Positions 12,451 to 25,267 are shown, counted from the stretch's first letter. The stretch: 64,000 bases of DNA from Azolla caroliniana (GCA_043228905.1 JBHGNT010000004.1:8494001-8558000), one strand, 5' to 3'. The notes: generated by a model not told the origin, from the letters alone. Translations and numbers: made by a program.

Positions 12451-14929
12451 TGGTTATGTGGTAGTAACATGCGGCTACATAGAGTACAACAACGTCTACT
12501 TAGCGAGGATCAGATGCTCAATTGTAAAGAGGTTCCAAGTATGAAAGGTGCAATTGGAAGACATGCTATTGGTTGGATGAAAAGTTACTTTCAATTAAAT
12601 TGTGAAGTAATGCCCACTACAGGTAGGATGCACCTCTCTGATAATTACACACGTCGGGAAGTTTATGATGTCTATCGATCTGATATGGTGGGCTCACATA
12701 ATAAATCTAACACGTATAGCCAATTCACAAGATTATGGAGAGCTCGCTTTTCAAATGTTATCATTCCACGTAAAGTACGCATGGGGTATTGCTCCATTTG
12801 TGCAAATCTTAAAAGTTTGGCTAAAGGTGCAAAGACATCAATGGACAAGGATATGAGTAAGAAGTTACTACAGGAGCATCGTGAGGCACAATCGTTAGAA
12901 CGAAAGAAGGCGATGCATCATAGAGAGAAGTGTTTGAAGAGGCCCTAATAATACATGTGCTTAATGATAGATGGCATGGACCAGAAGAAGACGTGCTTTC
13001 CGCATATGCGGAGGCTCCCAAAGACGTCAATGATGAGTGCCTTGTTCAAATGCACTTGGTGGGATGCTTGGCTTATAATAGGTCAATTGGACCTCACATC
13101 TTCATTACATACCCCAATGTTCACAATGACCCTAACCTAACAATTACAGTGATTCACCGAGTTTTGATGTATTGGGGCCAACCGTTCCCCCCTGTTCTAT
13201 ACATTCAATTGGACAATACTGCTAGAGAGAACCAAAATTCAATTGTGTTTGGCTATCTAAGTATGTTGGTCAACCAAGGATTGTATAGAAAAGTGAAAGT
13301 CAATTTTCTTTCGGTTGGCCACACACATGATCATATAGATTAGATGTTTAGCACATTCTCCAGACAGTTGTCTTAGCATGATGCTTTCACATTACCAAAA
13401 CTATTTGATGTCATTTGTGATGCATATACACCACGCCCAAAAGTGTTACACTTGAAGGAGGTATATAACTTTAAGAGATATATATCAGATGGGGGTGTTG
13501 GGAATGTTAAAGTGCTCCCCAAGTAAACAATATAAGCTTCAATCACATTTTTATGATAAAGAAAAATGAAATAAGTGGTTCTACTCTTTTGTATGTTAAA
13601 CAATATTCATCTTCTACAACATGGGAACCTGAAGGTGGTTGCCAGTTATTACTTTGTATGCCGAGTACAATTGTCCATGAAGCTAAACAAATGCCAATTG
13701 AGAAGAAAGGACAGTTGTATAGCGACTTGGTATCGGAACTAAAACAGTTATGGCTCCAAGCTTTAGAAGAAAAAAGAAAGCATATTGAGGCCACCAAGAA
13801 ATATGTCGCACAACAAGACACGTCATGGTGGGATGTATTTTTTAGTGATCAGAAAGGAATTATAAACAATTGTGTATTTGGTGATAATTGGAATTTGGAA
13901 ACGCCATTCACATGGTCGCTACAACATGATCGTGTAAGTAAAACTCCGGAGTAACCAGCAAATGCGATTAATGACAGTTTGGTCCATCCACAACAAAGAG
14001 ACATTTATGTGGGACCAAGGATGACCAAAGCAGCGGAAGCTAGATTGCAAGGCAATTTGCAAAAGCTCGCGGCGGGGATGTTGATTGCAACACCGGCTGA
14101 TGAGAACTCACATGGCCACCAATTTTGGGTTGGTAAAATTCTAGAAGTGCTAATGCATGAAATAGAAAACATGATCAAGTCTATAAACGTTCATTGTGCA
14201 AATGCTTTTACAGGTAAGTATACATTGGAGATAATTGAATGCCCAACGACAAGGGGAGGTAGGAAGAGGAAGCGAAACATTCGTAACACCTCAACCCTTG
14301 ATATCTCTGATGTGGATATCATTGTGTACGACGTCACGCTTACAAAAGCCGGACGATTAAGGAAGTCAACAATATATATAATAAAAGAAAAATTACTAGG
14401 TCTACAAGCTAGCTCGAGTCGAGGGCAAACGAAATCTACTACATATAATCTAGAGTTCAACCATTTGGTTTATGACGAAGATAATGCACTGATTAGTACA
14501 TCCAAGGATGACGAGGAGGAATCGTCATTGTATATTAGTTATAGTAGTGATTCTCCATAAAGGAGTGATATCATGAATGTATTTTTGGCTATTAAGTGTA
14601 ACTACATTCCGCTTGTAACAAATCGAGTTATATAAAAGCATGTGTTTTGAATTCTTATGATTTCTAAAAAATCGTTTCTTATAAAATAACATTGGTTGTA
14701 GAGTTTGTGATATAAATTGAGAATGTAACTTTTTGAAATTCCTCTTCTTCTTCTTTTTCTAAATCACGAAAATAGTGGATTTTTAACCTTTTTCATAGTA
14801 TATTTGAACTTGTATGATACTGGTATCAATGTGTTTTGTAAAATCATTGAAAAAGTACTAAAATCAACCAAAATATTCTTTATCCTTCCATTTATGCGTG
14901 ATCCTTCCACTTGTGAACGCGAACGTGTT

Positions 14930-15428
14930 AGTGTAGTACAGTAGCTAATTAGCTAAGTGGTAGCTAATTAGCGACTACCATAGTTTAGTACAATAGCTAA
15001 TTAGCTACCACTTAGCTAATTAGCTACTACCATACTTTAGTTGAGTAGCTAATTAGCTAAGTGGTAGCTAATTAGCTACTACCATAGTTTAGTACAGTAG
15101 CTAATTAGCTCAATGGTAGCTAATTAGCTACTATCATAGTTTAGTATAGTAGTTGATTAGTTGAGTGGTAGCTAATTAGCTACTACCATACTTTAGTTAT
15201 AGTGGCTAATTAGCTAGTACCATACCTTAGCTACGTCGCTAATTAGCTAATTAGCTAAGTGGTAGCTAATTAGCTACTACCATACTTTAGCTGAGTAGCT
15301 AATTAGCTAAGTGGTAGCTAATTAGCGATTACCATAGTTTAGTACAATAGGTAATTAGCTACTACCATACTTTAGTTGAGTAGCTAAATAGCTACTACCA
15401 TAGTTTAGTACAGTAGCTAATTAGCTAA
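14930..15428. repeat. TAGCTAATTAGCTA minisatellite, right part
   Basis: Many copies of the palindrome with the same spacer modules as 1-303. Confidence 0.92.
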
Positions 15429-16099
15429 GGAGCAATCAGATAACGATCACAAAGGTGCAGAAAGCGAGGAAAGTGAGCTAGATTTAATAATCGACATAGG
15501 GGAAGAGATAGGAGAGAATACTAAAATAATTATGTTACATGCATAGGGCAAGATTTGAACCTTGTACCTCCATGTTAACAATTTCAATCCTTACCATTGT
15601 ACTAGCACATTATGAGTATTAAAGTTAAACCAAACTTTATCCCATGTAAATATTCTAGATAAGCATGATAGAAAAAGTTATCCATGCATACACACTCGAG
15701 TTAAATGAAAAAGTATGATAGAAAAGCTAATCATGCACATGTAGTGTGCATTAACACTTGGGTTAAAGGAAAAGCATGATGGGAAAAGTTAATCATGGAC
15801 ATGTAGTGAGCATATACACTAGAGTTAGAAAAAGGCATGATGCTTGCATGTGGTAAACTTAGACTCTCCCATCACTATATAAGGATGGGGGAGCAAATTG
15901 TAAAGGGTTGTTGTTGAAAATTTTGGGTGAATATTATAGTCTAAACATTGATTAATATAATACTTGTGGAAATTCACGTGTCTTCGATCTCTCTTCCCAT
16001 CTATTCCAATAAAACTAAAAAAAACTATACTTGTGGGATTCACAAGTTTCCATCTCTCTTTCTTACAATTAACAAATATTCTCATTAGCCTTAAAACTC

Positions 16100-17453
16100 T
16101 CCTCTTCCTAGTCCATAACCTTAGCGATTTCCACCTCAATCACGCAACGATCCGGCGTCGAAAGGCCGACACCGAAACTGTTGTCGGCACTATCTCTGTG
16201 CCTCCGATTCTGCTCTTGTTGGCCGCCACTATTGTGTGTCGACCCACCTCGTCCACCATGTCCATGGGGCCAATCCGCTTCCGTGTACAGCATCCGGCTG
16301 TCTGATTGAGTAATCCTCAACCCACTCGTGTGGTTTTCTTCGACCATCAGCATCGATTGCAAGTCGAAGAAGGACGACGGTTTCTCCCAGGTGCAAATTG
16401 CCATCCGGACTGGCCTTTACCAGTGTGCTAGACCACCGAGGCAGATATGGACCATCTCGTCCTCGTCCTCCATCACGTTGATGGACCCGAGTGTGTAGCA
16501 GATCTCCTTGATCTTGGTGGTGTAGTCGGTGACTGACATGTCCCATTGCCGGATACTGTTGAGCTCTTGACCGAGTTGCAACTTCCGAGTTGTAGTACTT
16601 GCATTGAAAATCTTCTGGAGATTTTCCCAGGCCTCCTTCGGTGACTTTGCATCTCTGATGTAGCCGAGCATCTGATCGTGCACACAGGACGCAAGGCAGT
16701 ACAACACTCTGCTCGCTCCGTGCTTCCAAACCCAGAAGTCTTTGTGTGCTGAATCCAACGTTGCCACATTTGCTCTTTCCACGTAGCTCAGTATCTGTGC
16801 CCCAACAGGTACTGGTGCATTTTATATTACCAAGACGCATAATTGCTCTGGTCGAGCTTTTCTGTTGGAAGCAAGCTCACCATGCTTCTATCCATATCTT
16901 CCTTCTTGTTCTTTATCGGGTGTTAGGGTTTGTCTATGAGTGTCACTCGTCGGCAGTAGAGGATTCTCAACCCTCACGCTTTGATACCATGTAAAAGATA
17001 TTGTGCGGAAGCTTGTAAACAAATCGACTCAGTTGGGTAACAACAATAAAACAGAATGAAGGTTTAATGGAAGCTTCAGAATACACAATACACGAGAGAG
17101 ACAGAGAGAGCAGAATAGCATAAACTCAATTCAAAAATAATAACACAAGGTTTATACAAATGTCTTGCACAACACTTTTTATACAAGTCCTTAAAAGGAC
17201 AGACAAGTACTTCAATGCTCATACGAGCGGCTAACACTAACTCCAAGGAATATGCCTATGCACTAGGCTCGGACCATAGGCTCCAATGGCCTACCGGTTC
17301 TCACTATTCCGGAGTTCAATCCGGTTCTCCAATCCGGCTCTAGGTTCCGAATACCGATATATCCAGACATCTATCCGGTTCTCCGTTCCGTCTACCCATC
17401 CGACTCTGGCTTATTCAGTCGATCCGGATCCGATTGAGCTTGCCCGCTCAACA
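16100..17453 (-). mobile_element. Truncated Ty1/Copia element (5' LTR 16990-17453, tRNA-iMet PBS, partial gag)
   Basis: LTR tgtaaaag...ctcaaca. PBS tggtatcaaagc on minus at 16978-16989. Gag peptide RVLYCLASCVHDQMLGYIRDAKSPKEAWENL closely resembles element 46381-54617. Confidence 0.85.
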
Positions 17454-20029
17454 TGATGTAATTGCAATTTGCTTGAAAATGCACACAATGTAGATTTAGA
17501 AATTGGAGATCAAATCTTGTAATGGCTTCAATTTTCACCCTCTTCCTAACGTGAATTAACCCACACTAATGTACCATAAGGTTAGATGAAATTGTTAAGA
17601 ATCGACTACTAGTGTTAAGAGTCTATTACTAATCAATTGACCAAAATAAAGTAAAAACAAGGTAAATAGATTGGATAGAAGAACTTGTTCCACCCTACTA
17701 CCCCCGAGCTATGGTCAAGACATAGCCAACCTACCATCGACATCCCATATCGCCCAATATTAGGATGACTAATACTTTGGAAGAGATTAACACGATCATC
17801 GTGACAAAAGACTAGCCCGCACCACGAGTGTCTAAGACAGCAACCTTCCGACGTAATGTACTTATGAGGGTAGTTAAGCCTCATATTTATACCTCTTCCT
17901 AGGCCCCTTGAATAGATGTATCTTTCTAAAAAGACTCTCTATTCATTGGTTGTCAAGATCATGATAGTGCATGCACCTATCATTCCTTTTATCCAATCAC
18001 AGTAGTCCATTTCTAACATTAGTGAACATACCATTCACTTATGTAAATATTAGTGACCTACCCTCACCTACATTATGCGTACATTACAGAAACTGTGGTA
18101 GAACTACCTCATGGTCAATTACGACCAAAATGACATATGTTTTCCTCATAAGAAGTTTATATTACTAGAAACTTTATTAAATGTAGACTACAATATTGTG
18201 CGCAGTTCAGGATAATTGTGATGAGTTAGCAGGATCTACAATCTATTTGTGTGAATCTTATTGTGAAGTACTTGTTAGACACTTCCAATAACCTTGACAT
18301 TCCCCTTGGTGCACAAGAGACAAAGTACATGTAAACAAAAGAGAAAAATATATAAAAACCTAGAATACAATAACCTTGTGGCTATCCTAGTGTGAAAAAG
18401 CCTAAACTATTGTGTAAGACTATAAAAGTCACTTCTGTGCTTTTTGATACTTCTTCGCTTTCTTATCACATAGACTACATCTCGTCTTTCTCTCTCTCAA
18501 TAATCTCTAATGTAACCCTAATGAGCTTGGCTTAGGGTTTAAGTATTAGAATGGGTTATAATTAATCGAAGTGTGATGTTTGATCCTTTATAATTTCATT
18601 GCATTTAATTTCTAAGTGTGTAGTTAACTATATTGGGTAACTTCATTTAATTCTTAGTTAAGTTCATTATTAGAGGTCTAAGTTAGATTAATGAAAAGTT
18701 TGTTAGTGGATGAGGAATGGTTTACTCGTGTCTTCTCGCATTGTTGGCCATAAGGTACTCCCCAAATGATGATATTGATGTAAGAGGAAGAACTCCACCA
18801 AGTGAGAAGCATGTTGGACTCACAATTCCTAATACTATGTAGGGCATCTTAGTAATCATTATTCATGTGTCATATTAAGTGTACAGAATAAGTATTATCC
18901 TCATGTTTTGTATAATGATAGTTATGACCACTTTTTGGTTGTAGAAATCACTCATTCTGATGAGGTTATGTGGTTGGTGGGATTTATGGCCCTAACCACA
19001 CCAGTCAATGTATTGGATTATGGATCTCTCTTCTTCCAATTTTAACTATGGGCATCACAATTTATACCACAACATTCAATCATGGATAAGTTGGAGCAAA
19101 CTACTTGAGTTTTGTTGGTTGTTGAGGTTCTTAAGTTGGATTTATGGACTTGATTGCAAGGAATAATCGATATTGTATTGCAAATTGCACAACATAGACA
19201 AACATAGAGTTTGTGAGATAGAATATTTGTGATGCACAATGAGTTCCTTTACCAACATCACTTTGTATGATAATTTTACGAGATGTGGGGTCTTCGTATA
19301 AAAGCTTCCTTATTTGTTTGAAGGTTTTTAATCATTCAATCAACATGTATAAATCCTTTCTTGGGAAGTCCCCATTACACTAAGTCTTCTCTTCTGCTTC
19401 AATCTCACTTTGATTCTCTCACGATACAAATTGTAGTGAACTTTTCACAACAAATGAGAAGCAAGGGAAAAATGCATGGGGTAGTTATAAAACATTATCA
19501 TTCATCATATGTATGGGTTAACTAATGCCCAATTACAAGACTTTTTTCAATAGTTCTCACAAGTTCACTCTTACTATAAGGCATTATTAATCCATGCACC
19601 AATTATACAAGGAACTTTTGGATATCTAGAGAAGTCATGTCAACGTTATGCTAAGATGCAATAACTTGGAGATGGGCTTATAGGTAATCAATGTCAATCG
19701 ACTTATTTGGTTTCTTGAGCACATGAAGGAGATGAATTTAATATAGTGGACTGGCAAAACAAGAATAGCAAATTGTGTTCATTACCTTAATGAATTTCTT
19801 TGCCTGCAGTTGTTTATGACAGATATGGTGATTAGAGCACCATTAATTTAATGATGTGATTGCAGGTATGTATTGTAGATGACCTTTTTGGCCATTCTTA
19901 GATGGAACCGTGTCCGAAGGCAACAGATCATCATTGAACAAATTCTTGACATTACAAGTCCAGCAGGGCATTTTCTCTCTTTGGTTGTCGCAGCTTCTTT
20001 TTCTATTTGTTGTAGCCTCAATCTGTCAT

Positions 20030-23000
20030 TTAAAAGCCAAGCTTCTTTGTGTCCACAATCTCAAGCCGATGAATTTCTTGATCAAGTCCTTTTATAATTC
20101 GATCCTCTTCTGTGTAAACTCCAGTTTGGAGCAAGTCAATTCTTTGCTTCTTAAGTCTTCTGATCTCTGCATTTTGAAATTCAGAGAGCTGCAACCCATA
20201 AAAAGAAGCATTGAAACCGTTCATTTCTTCAACATTGTCAAGGTCTGAATGATGTGTATGCATAATTTCATCACTAAGAGTGCTTGCTCTGATCTGATAA
20301 GTATCTATGTCTTCCTTTAATCCATCATCAAGCCCTGATATGATCGACTTTTGATCTAGAATATCCTCCATAGAGAGCTCCGCTGATAACCAATCATCAA
20401 ACCCTTCTTTTCCTTCTCCATTTACATGAAAACCTTGTTTTCCAATATCACTCCTAAATCTATCAACTTGAATAGACTTATTTAAGTCTTTTCTTCCTCC
20501 ATTAGGATCCTTTTCATCTCGCACAGCCTCAGAACTAATATGAGAGCTGATGGGATGAGAGTGTAAGGGTAAGCAATGATTATGATCTATGCATTCCTCT
20601 TGCTTGACTGCAGTATTTACTGCAGGTGTTGCTATTACACCACACTTAGGGGCTTCTTGATCATGTATCTGGAGGTGCTGCAGTTGTTGTTTTAGTTCAC
20701 GTAATTCCTTCTTCTCTTCTTCGTTTTTTCTTGTTTGAGCTTCGATAAGCGATTGCAATGCAGCATGCCCTCGGTCATTAGCTTGACGATCAGCCTCATC
20801 TTGAGTGCGCTGCCAATGGAGCTTTGCAAGCTCTTTTGCCATTTTCTGAATCTGAAGAAATAACATAATCACTTACTATATATATACACAGGAAAAAAAA
20901 CTTACATATCTCCTAACATTTTGTGAATAGTTACCAGAATATCCCTACGATTTCAAAATATTAGCTGAACACCACACAATAGTACAAGACATTAGGCATA
21001 TTTTGCTGTTTTACACTAAACACCGTACACTTTGTCTACTATATATGCATATATACACGTAGATAGATATAGTCAAAAACAATGGTAATAGGGGAATCGC
21101 AATTTCAAGACATACCTGGACCTTGTAATCTGTCTTCATTCGCAGTGCTTTCTCACAATTTCTCTTAAGATCATTGCATTGTTGTTTCAAAAGCATCACC
21201 TGTCCAGTGAGCTCTGCCTCTGAAGTTTTGCAATGCTCTGATTTATAGGCATAGAATTCTTTCTCCAAGTTCGCTAGAGCCACATTAACGGTTGTTAACC
21301 GCTTCTCTAACACTGAATGCTGCTCTTTTAATGCAGTATATTTTACACGTTCTAGTTCCACTCGATGTTCACACTCTGACTGCAATCTCTTAACAGCCAC
21401 CTGCAATCGTTTAACAGCTTATTAGTTTCTCCAATATCACTAAAATTCCTACTCGTGCATTGCTTCTTCTTAGTCACTTGCGGTTAGTAACATACTTTTA
21501 GAATTGAAATACTACTCAAATCAAGGTTTAATGACTAAATCACCTCTGCATCGGCTGCACGTTGGTTACATTCTCTAGTCCATGCTTCTCGTCGCATCAA
21601 CGCTTCTTCCTCTGCCATTACAAGTGTCCTCTCCCTTTTCTCCAAAGCGAAAATTTTAGCCCTGCAAAGAGATTGACAAGAATTCATGTATCTGTTAGTC
21701 TTGCAAACAAAAAAGTATGCATTGTACAAGAAAATGCTCACCTGAATTTCGCTTCGAGTTTGCTAAGCTCTGTACGTGTCTTATCAATATCAAGGAGGCA
21801 TTCTCTTTCTTTTTCCTTCCATTCCGCCTCAAGTGATGCAATCCTCTTCATCTCCTTATCTCTAAGGTTTGCTTTCCATTTTGCTTCTTCAACACGTCTC
21901 CATCTTTCAAACTCCCATTCTAACTCACACCTCCGAAGCTTCTCATCTGCATCAAGAACTGGCAATGACTTATCTAAAACAGTTTCGTGAGTTTGGAGCA
22001 AATTCTCTTGGTTTCCCTTCATAGATTTCAGTGTTTTGGACTTGTCATGTACTATATGAGCCCTTTCATCTCTCTCTTTGTATGTCCTCATCTTTGTCTT
22101 TGACTCAAAATTATCTTGGAGCTCCGTTTGTATGCCGACAACTTTGGATGGCAGATGCTCATTAAAATTCTTCTTTAAGAGTCGAAATGGATCTTCTAAG
22201 CTAAGGGTAGGTGAAATTGCTTTAGTATTGACACTAGCATCTCGAATATGTTTATGAATTATAGTCGTCACTGGACCAAGTTCTTCAGCTGAAAGCACAA
22301 CTCGCAACATCCCGATGTTCACCTAAATGATAACAAGTATGGGTTAAATGGAGTGCCTCTGTAGCATCATGTAGCGAAAATTCCAGGCCATACAGCATGT
22401 ACCTTCCCATCAAGCTGTAAAGGGGAGTAAACAGGTGCATAACCATCAAGCCATGTCTCCTTCATTAAAGATGACATTGGTATCGATGCAGTGCCAATCA
22501 AGCTATCTGCTGCATACCTGTAAAATATAGCTATCGCTTACACCAAACATATGCGTAAACCTAAGATTGGAATCAGGGAAATTTTTCCAATTATAGGTAT
22601 TAGTCCATGGAACTATTCTATAATACTTCAATAAGGAGAGAGCTGTGGTTTACTTGTCTCGATGAAAAACTTGTGCTTGAAGACATGTATCTTGAGAAAG
22701 TGAGGCTGCAAGGCCACTCACAGATGCAGGTAGCTCCAAAGCAACATAGCTGAAAGCAGTAGTGCACCAGCCATACATCAATCATACCAGTCTGTAAACA
22801 GAGAAGCCATCGAGAACATTTATTGCATGCCCAAAGAGGCATTTATGAATATGCACTAAGCAGGGGGGTTCCATCAATATAAGTTAAAGAAGATGTTAAC
22901 AACATGGGCACAAAAATTTATTGTCTGCAAAAACTTCATAGAGGCACTTTGAGCCACATTTCCTGAATTGTAAATCAATTGAGTGAACAATTTGCAAACA

Positions 23001-23428
23001 AGATAAAGAAATTTATTGTATGTCCAAAAATCTCATTTACAAAACCAGATTAAAAAACCAGTTGCAAAATGAAACAAATCAATTTAGAAAACAAGATACG
23101 GATTCTAGACCCTAAAAAATCGATAAGTCGAAGTTCTTCCTGATCAATAACTGTTAAATATTTAAGCTTTATGATGCAACAATCATCATCATGCACTGAG
23201 AGAAACCAGTTTCTCTCTCTCTTTCTCTCCCTCTCTCTCTCTCTCTCTCTCACATGTCCCCTCACCACTCATCCCATACATAGTATTTCTGCTACTTCAT
23301 ACATAATTACATTAAGTTCATTCTCATGGATCTTGAAGAAGCCTAGAGCTTCTTCTTCTTTTTCAGTAAGCGCAAATTGTATTCACCTATATCCATGGTC
23401 ATGATTTCGGCCTATAACAGAAATTAAG

Positions 23429-23462
<34 letters not shown>

Positions 23463-23853
23463 GCATCAAAGTAAATAAACAACAAATGGAGGAAGGGTTG
23501 GATAATGTCTTTAATTGGAGTACTGACCCGTTGGATAGGGCAACCTCGGAACCTTTCTGGATGATGACAGGGGGATGGGTGCGGATGGGAGCTGTGAGCT
23601 TGGCAGCATTGGCGGAATTGGGGGTAGAGAGGGCGAGCTTCACGATCTGAGGGGGGAGGAAGACACGGACACATGCATTGATGGCCTTCATTGGGAGGCG
23701 TAGGCCCGCTTTAAAGCTCCGTACATCCACGCTCAGCCTGAACATATGGACCTCCTCCTCTACCCCTCCTGCTCTCCCTCTCTTCTTCCTCATCATCGTA
23801 TCCCTCTCCACTCCCTCATGATAATCACCATCATCTCTGGGCATCATCGACAT
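20030..23853 (-). CDS. CEP120: Centrosomal protein of 120 kDa-like (C2 domain + coiled coil), 7 exons
   Basis: GT-AG exons 23853-23528, 22749-22654, 22517-22403, 22322-21742, 21661-21544, 21400-21116, 20851-20030. Motifs HMFRLSVDVRSF..RTHPPV..SEVALSNGY, VFHRDKYAADSLIG, EWEFERWRRVEEAKW, and C-terminal RIDLLQTGVYTEEDRIIKGLD typical of CEP120. Confidence 0.85.
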
Positions 23854-24575
23854 CGCTTCGCTCTGTATGTAGAAAGGCTTTCCAAAAGCGAAAGGGAAGT
23901 AAGGAAGCCCAAGAAGGAAACAGAAGGCGGCGATTGTTTTGTGGCGAAACCGTAAAGCTTCAGGTTGGGAGAGTGATGTGGATCCAACTCCTAGTGATAG
24001 AATATTAGGTTTTAGGGACTGATCATCTACCTGTTGTAGCCATCGCCATCGCCATCGCCATCGCTGCAGAAAGCTACGCGAACAAGAGAAAGCAGCGAAT
24101 ATAAGAGGGAGCCAAGAAACTGTCGCTGTCAAATTTGGAGTTGTTGCTTAACAGTTCCAAAAGTATAGAAAACAAAAATGAAATAATAAGTGAATGAAGA
24201 CTTGCGTTTTCTTATATTTCCTGAAATGCCCCCCACCCAAAAACTGCCCATGTGTATGTTTCTTTGTTAATTCCCCAAATACCCTCCTCCCTTCCCCCAA
24301 TTGTCCGCCCGCCCCCCTACCGCATCCCGCGTGATTGTTTGTGCTCACATGCAAGCCTTTTCAATCTACTCCGGCAAATGCTTGTTGTATGCTTCACTTC
24401 TACCGAAAACATTGATCGTGCTCCCTTCCTCTTCTCCTTCTTTTTCTTCTTCTTCATTGATGGAGTCCTATCCTATCCACATCATCCATCCCCCTTCCTA
24501 TAAGAGATCGGTAAAGACGATCAAAAAGTGACCTTGTTGACTTTTAGGAAATTAGCTCCAAATTGTCGGACCTGA

Positions 24576-24785
24576 GAATTACTTTATCTATGAGAGAAGA
24601 AAAGGAGAAGGAGAAGACGGGGGGGGGGGGGGGGAGAGGATGAATCCCATCATATAGAAAAGGTCTACATAACACATATTAGAGACCCCAGAATTACTTT
24701 ATCTATGAAAGAAGAAAAGGAAAAGGAAAATGGGGGAGACATAGAATGAATCCCATCATATAGAAAAGGTCTACATGACACATAT

Positions 24786-24786
<1 letters not shown>
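24576..24786. repeat. Direct repeat, two copies of about 110 bp (first has a poly-G run), followed by (GA)n
   Basis: agaattactttatctatga...gaatcccatcatatagaaaaggtctacat appears twice. Confidence 0.8.
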
Positions 24787-24832
<46 letters not shown>

Positions 24833-24866
24833 CAAAAAAAAGGTTGCCCAATGGAGAACAGGTGGT

Positions 24867-25168
24867 CATGGGTTCAACCCCTACATTCCACGGTGACATC
24901 TAGTGAAATAAAGATATATATGGTGTAATAGAGAGGTGAGAAAATTGGGTTTTCAAACTCAAGATGCATGGGTTCAACCCCTACATTCCACGGTGACATC
25001 TAGTGAAATAAAGATATATATGGTGTAATAGAGAGGTGAGAAAATTGGGTTTTCCAACTCAAGATGCATGGGTTTAACCCCTACATTCCACGGTGACATC
25101 TAGTGAAATAAAGATATATATGGTGTAATAGAGAGGTGAGAAATTTGGGTTTTCGAACTCAAGATGCA
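24867..25168. repeat. Three near-identical tandem copies of a 100-bp unit
   Basis: catgggttcaacccctacattccacgg...ctcaagatg at 24867, 24967 and 25067. Confidence 0.95.
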
Positions 25169-25222
25169 GTGTTAGTAGTATAAGTGACTTACCACTAGGG
25201 TAAGCTAATTACAATAAAAAAG

Positions 25223-25267
<45 letters not shown>

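Larger units (their letters stand above)
11148..14560 (+). pseudogene. DUF7869-type / Sola-like DDD transposase of the 4721-14929 element
   Basis: CSICANLK..EHREAQ..ER, LMIDGMDQKK (D1), LYIQLDNTARENQN (D2), VNFLSVGHTHDHID (D3), C-terminal FWVGKILEV domain. Broken by stops, frameshifts and a solo LTR. Confidence 0.82.
4721..14929 (+). mobile_element. 10.2-kb TIR DNA transposon (Sola-like) carrying transposase plus ParB-methyltransferase cargo
   Basis: TIRs aacacgttcgcgttcacaagtggaaggatc(g/a)cgca at 4721-4755 and reverse complement at 14895-14929 (34/35 match). Direct repeat AGTG at 4717-4720 and 14930-14933. Removing it restores a minisatellite unit. Confidence 0.92.

Noticed and set aside
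4723-14927. CACTA/EnSpm assignment from CAC...GTG near the ends
   Set aside because: The inverted repeat extends two more bases (AA/TT), the TSD is 4 bp, and the transposase lacks TnpD-type motifs.
14930-15428. CRISPR-like array (palindromic repeat plus spacers)
   Set aside because: Spacers are few, reused and 5-19 bp. There are no cas genes and the context is eukaryotic, so it is a minisatellite.
15480-16090. Possible MITE/SINE remnant with loose inverted ends and short aaaagcatgat repeats
   Set aside because: No convincing TIR pair or TSD could be fixed by eye.
17454-19800. Short ORFs, possibly an old transposon
   Set aside because: Too decayed; no diagnostic motif recognised.
23854-24132. 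N-terminal extension of CEP120 in the ORF track
   Set aside because: It starts at a non-ATG codon and includes microsatellite-derived WRWRW, so it is likely 5' UTR.
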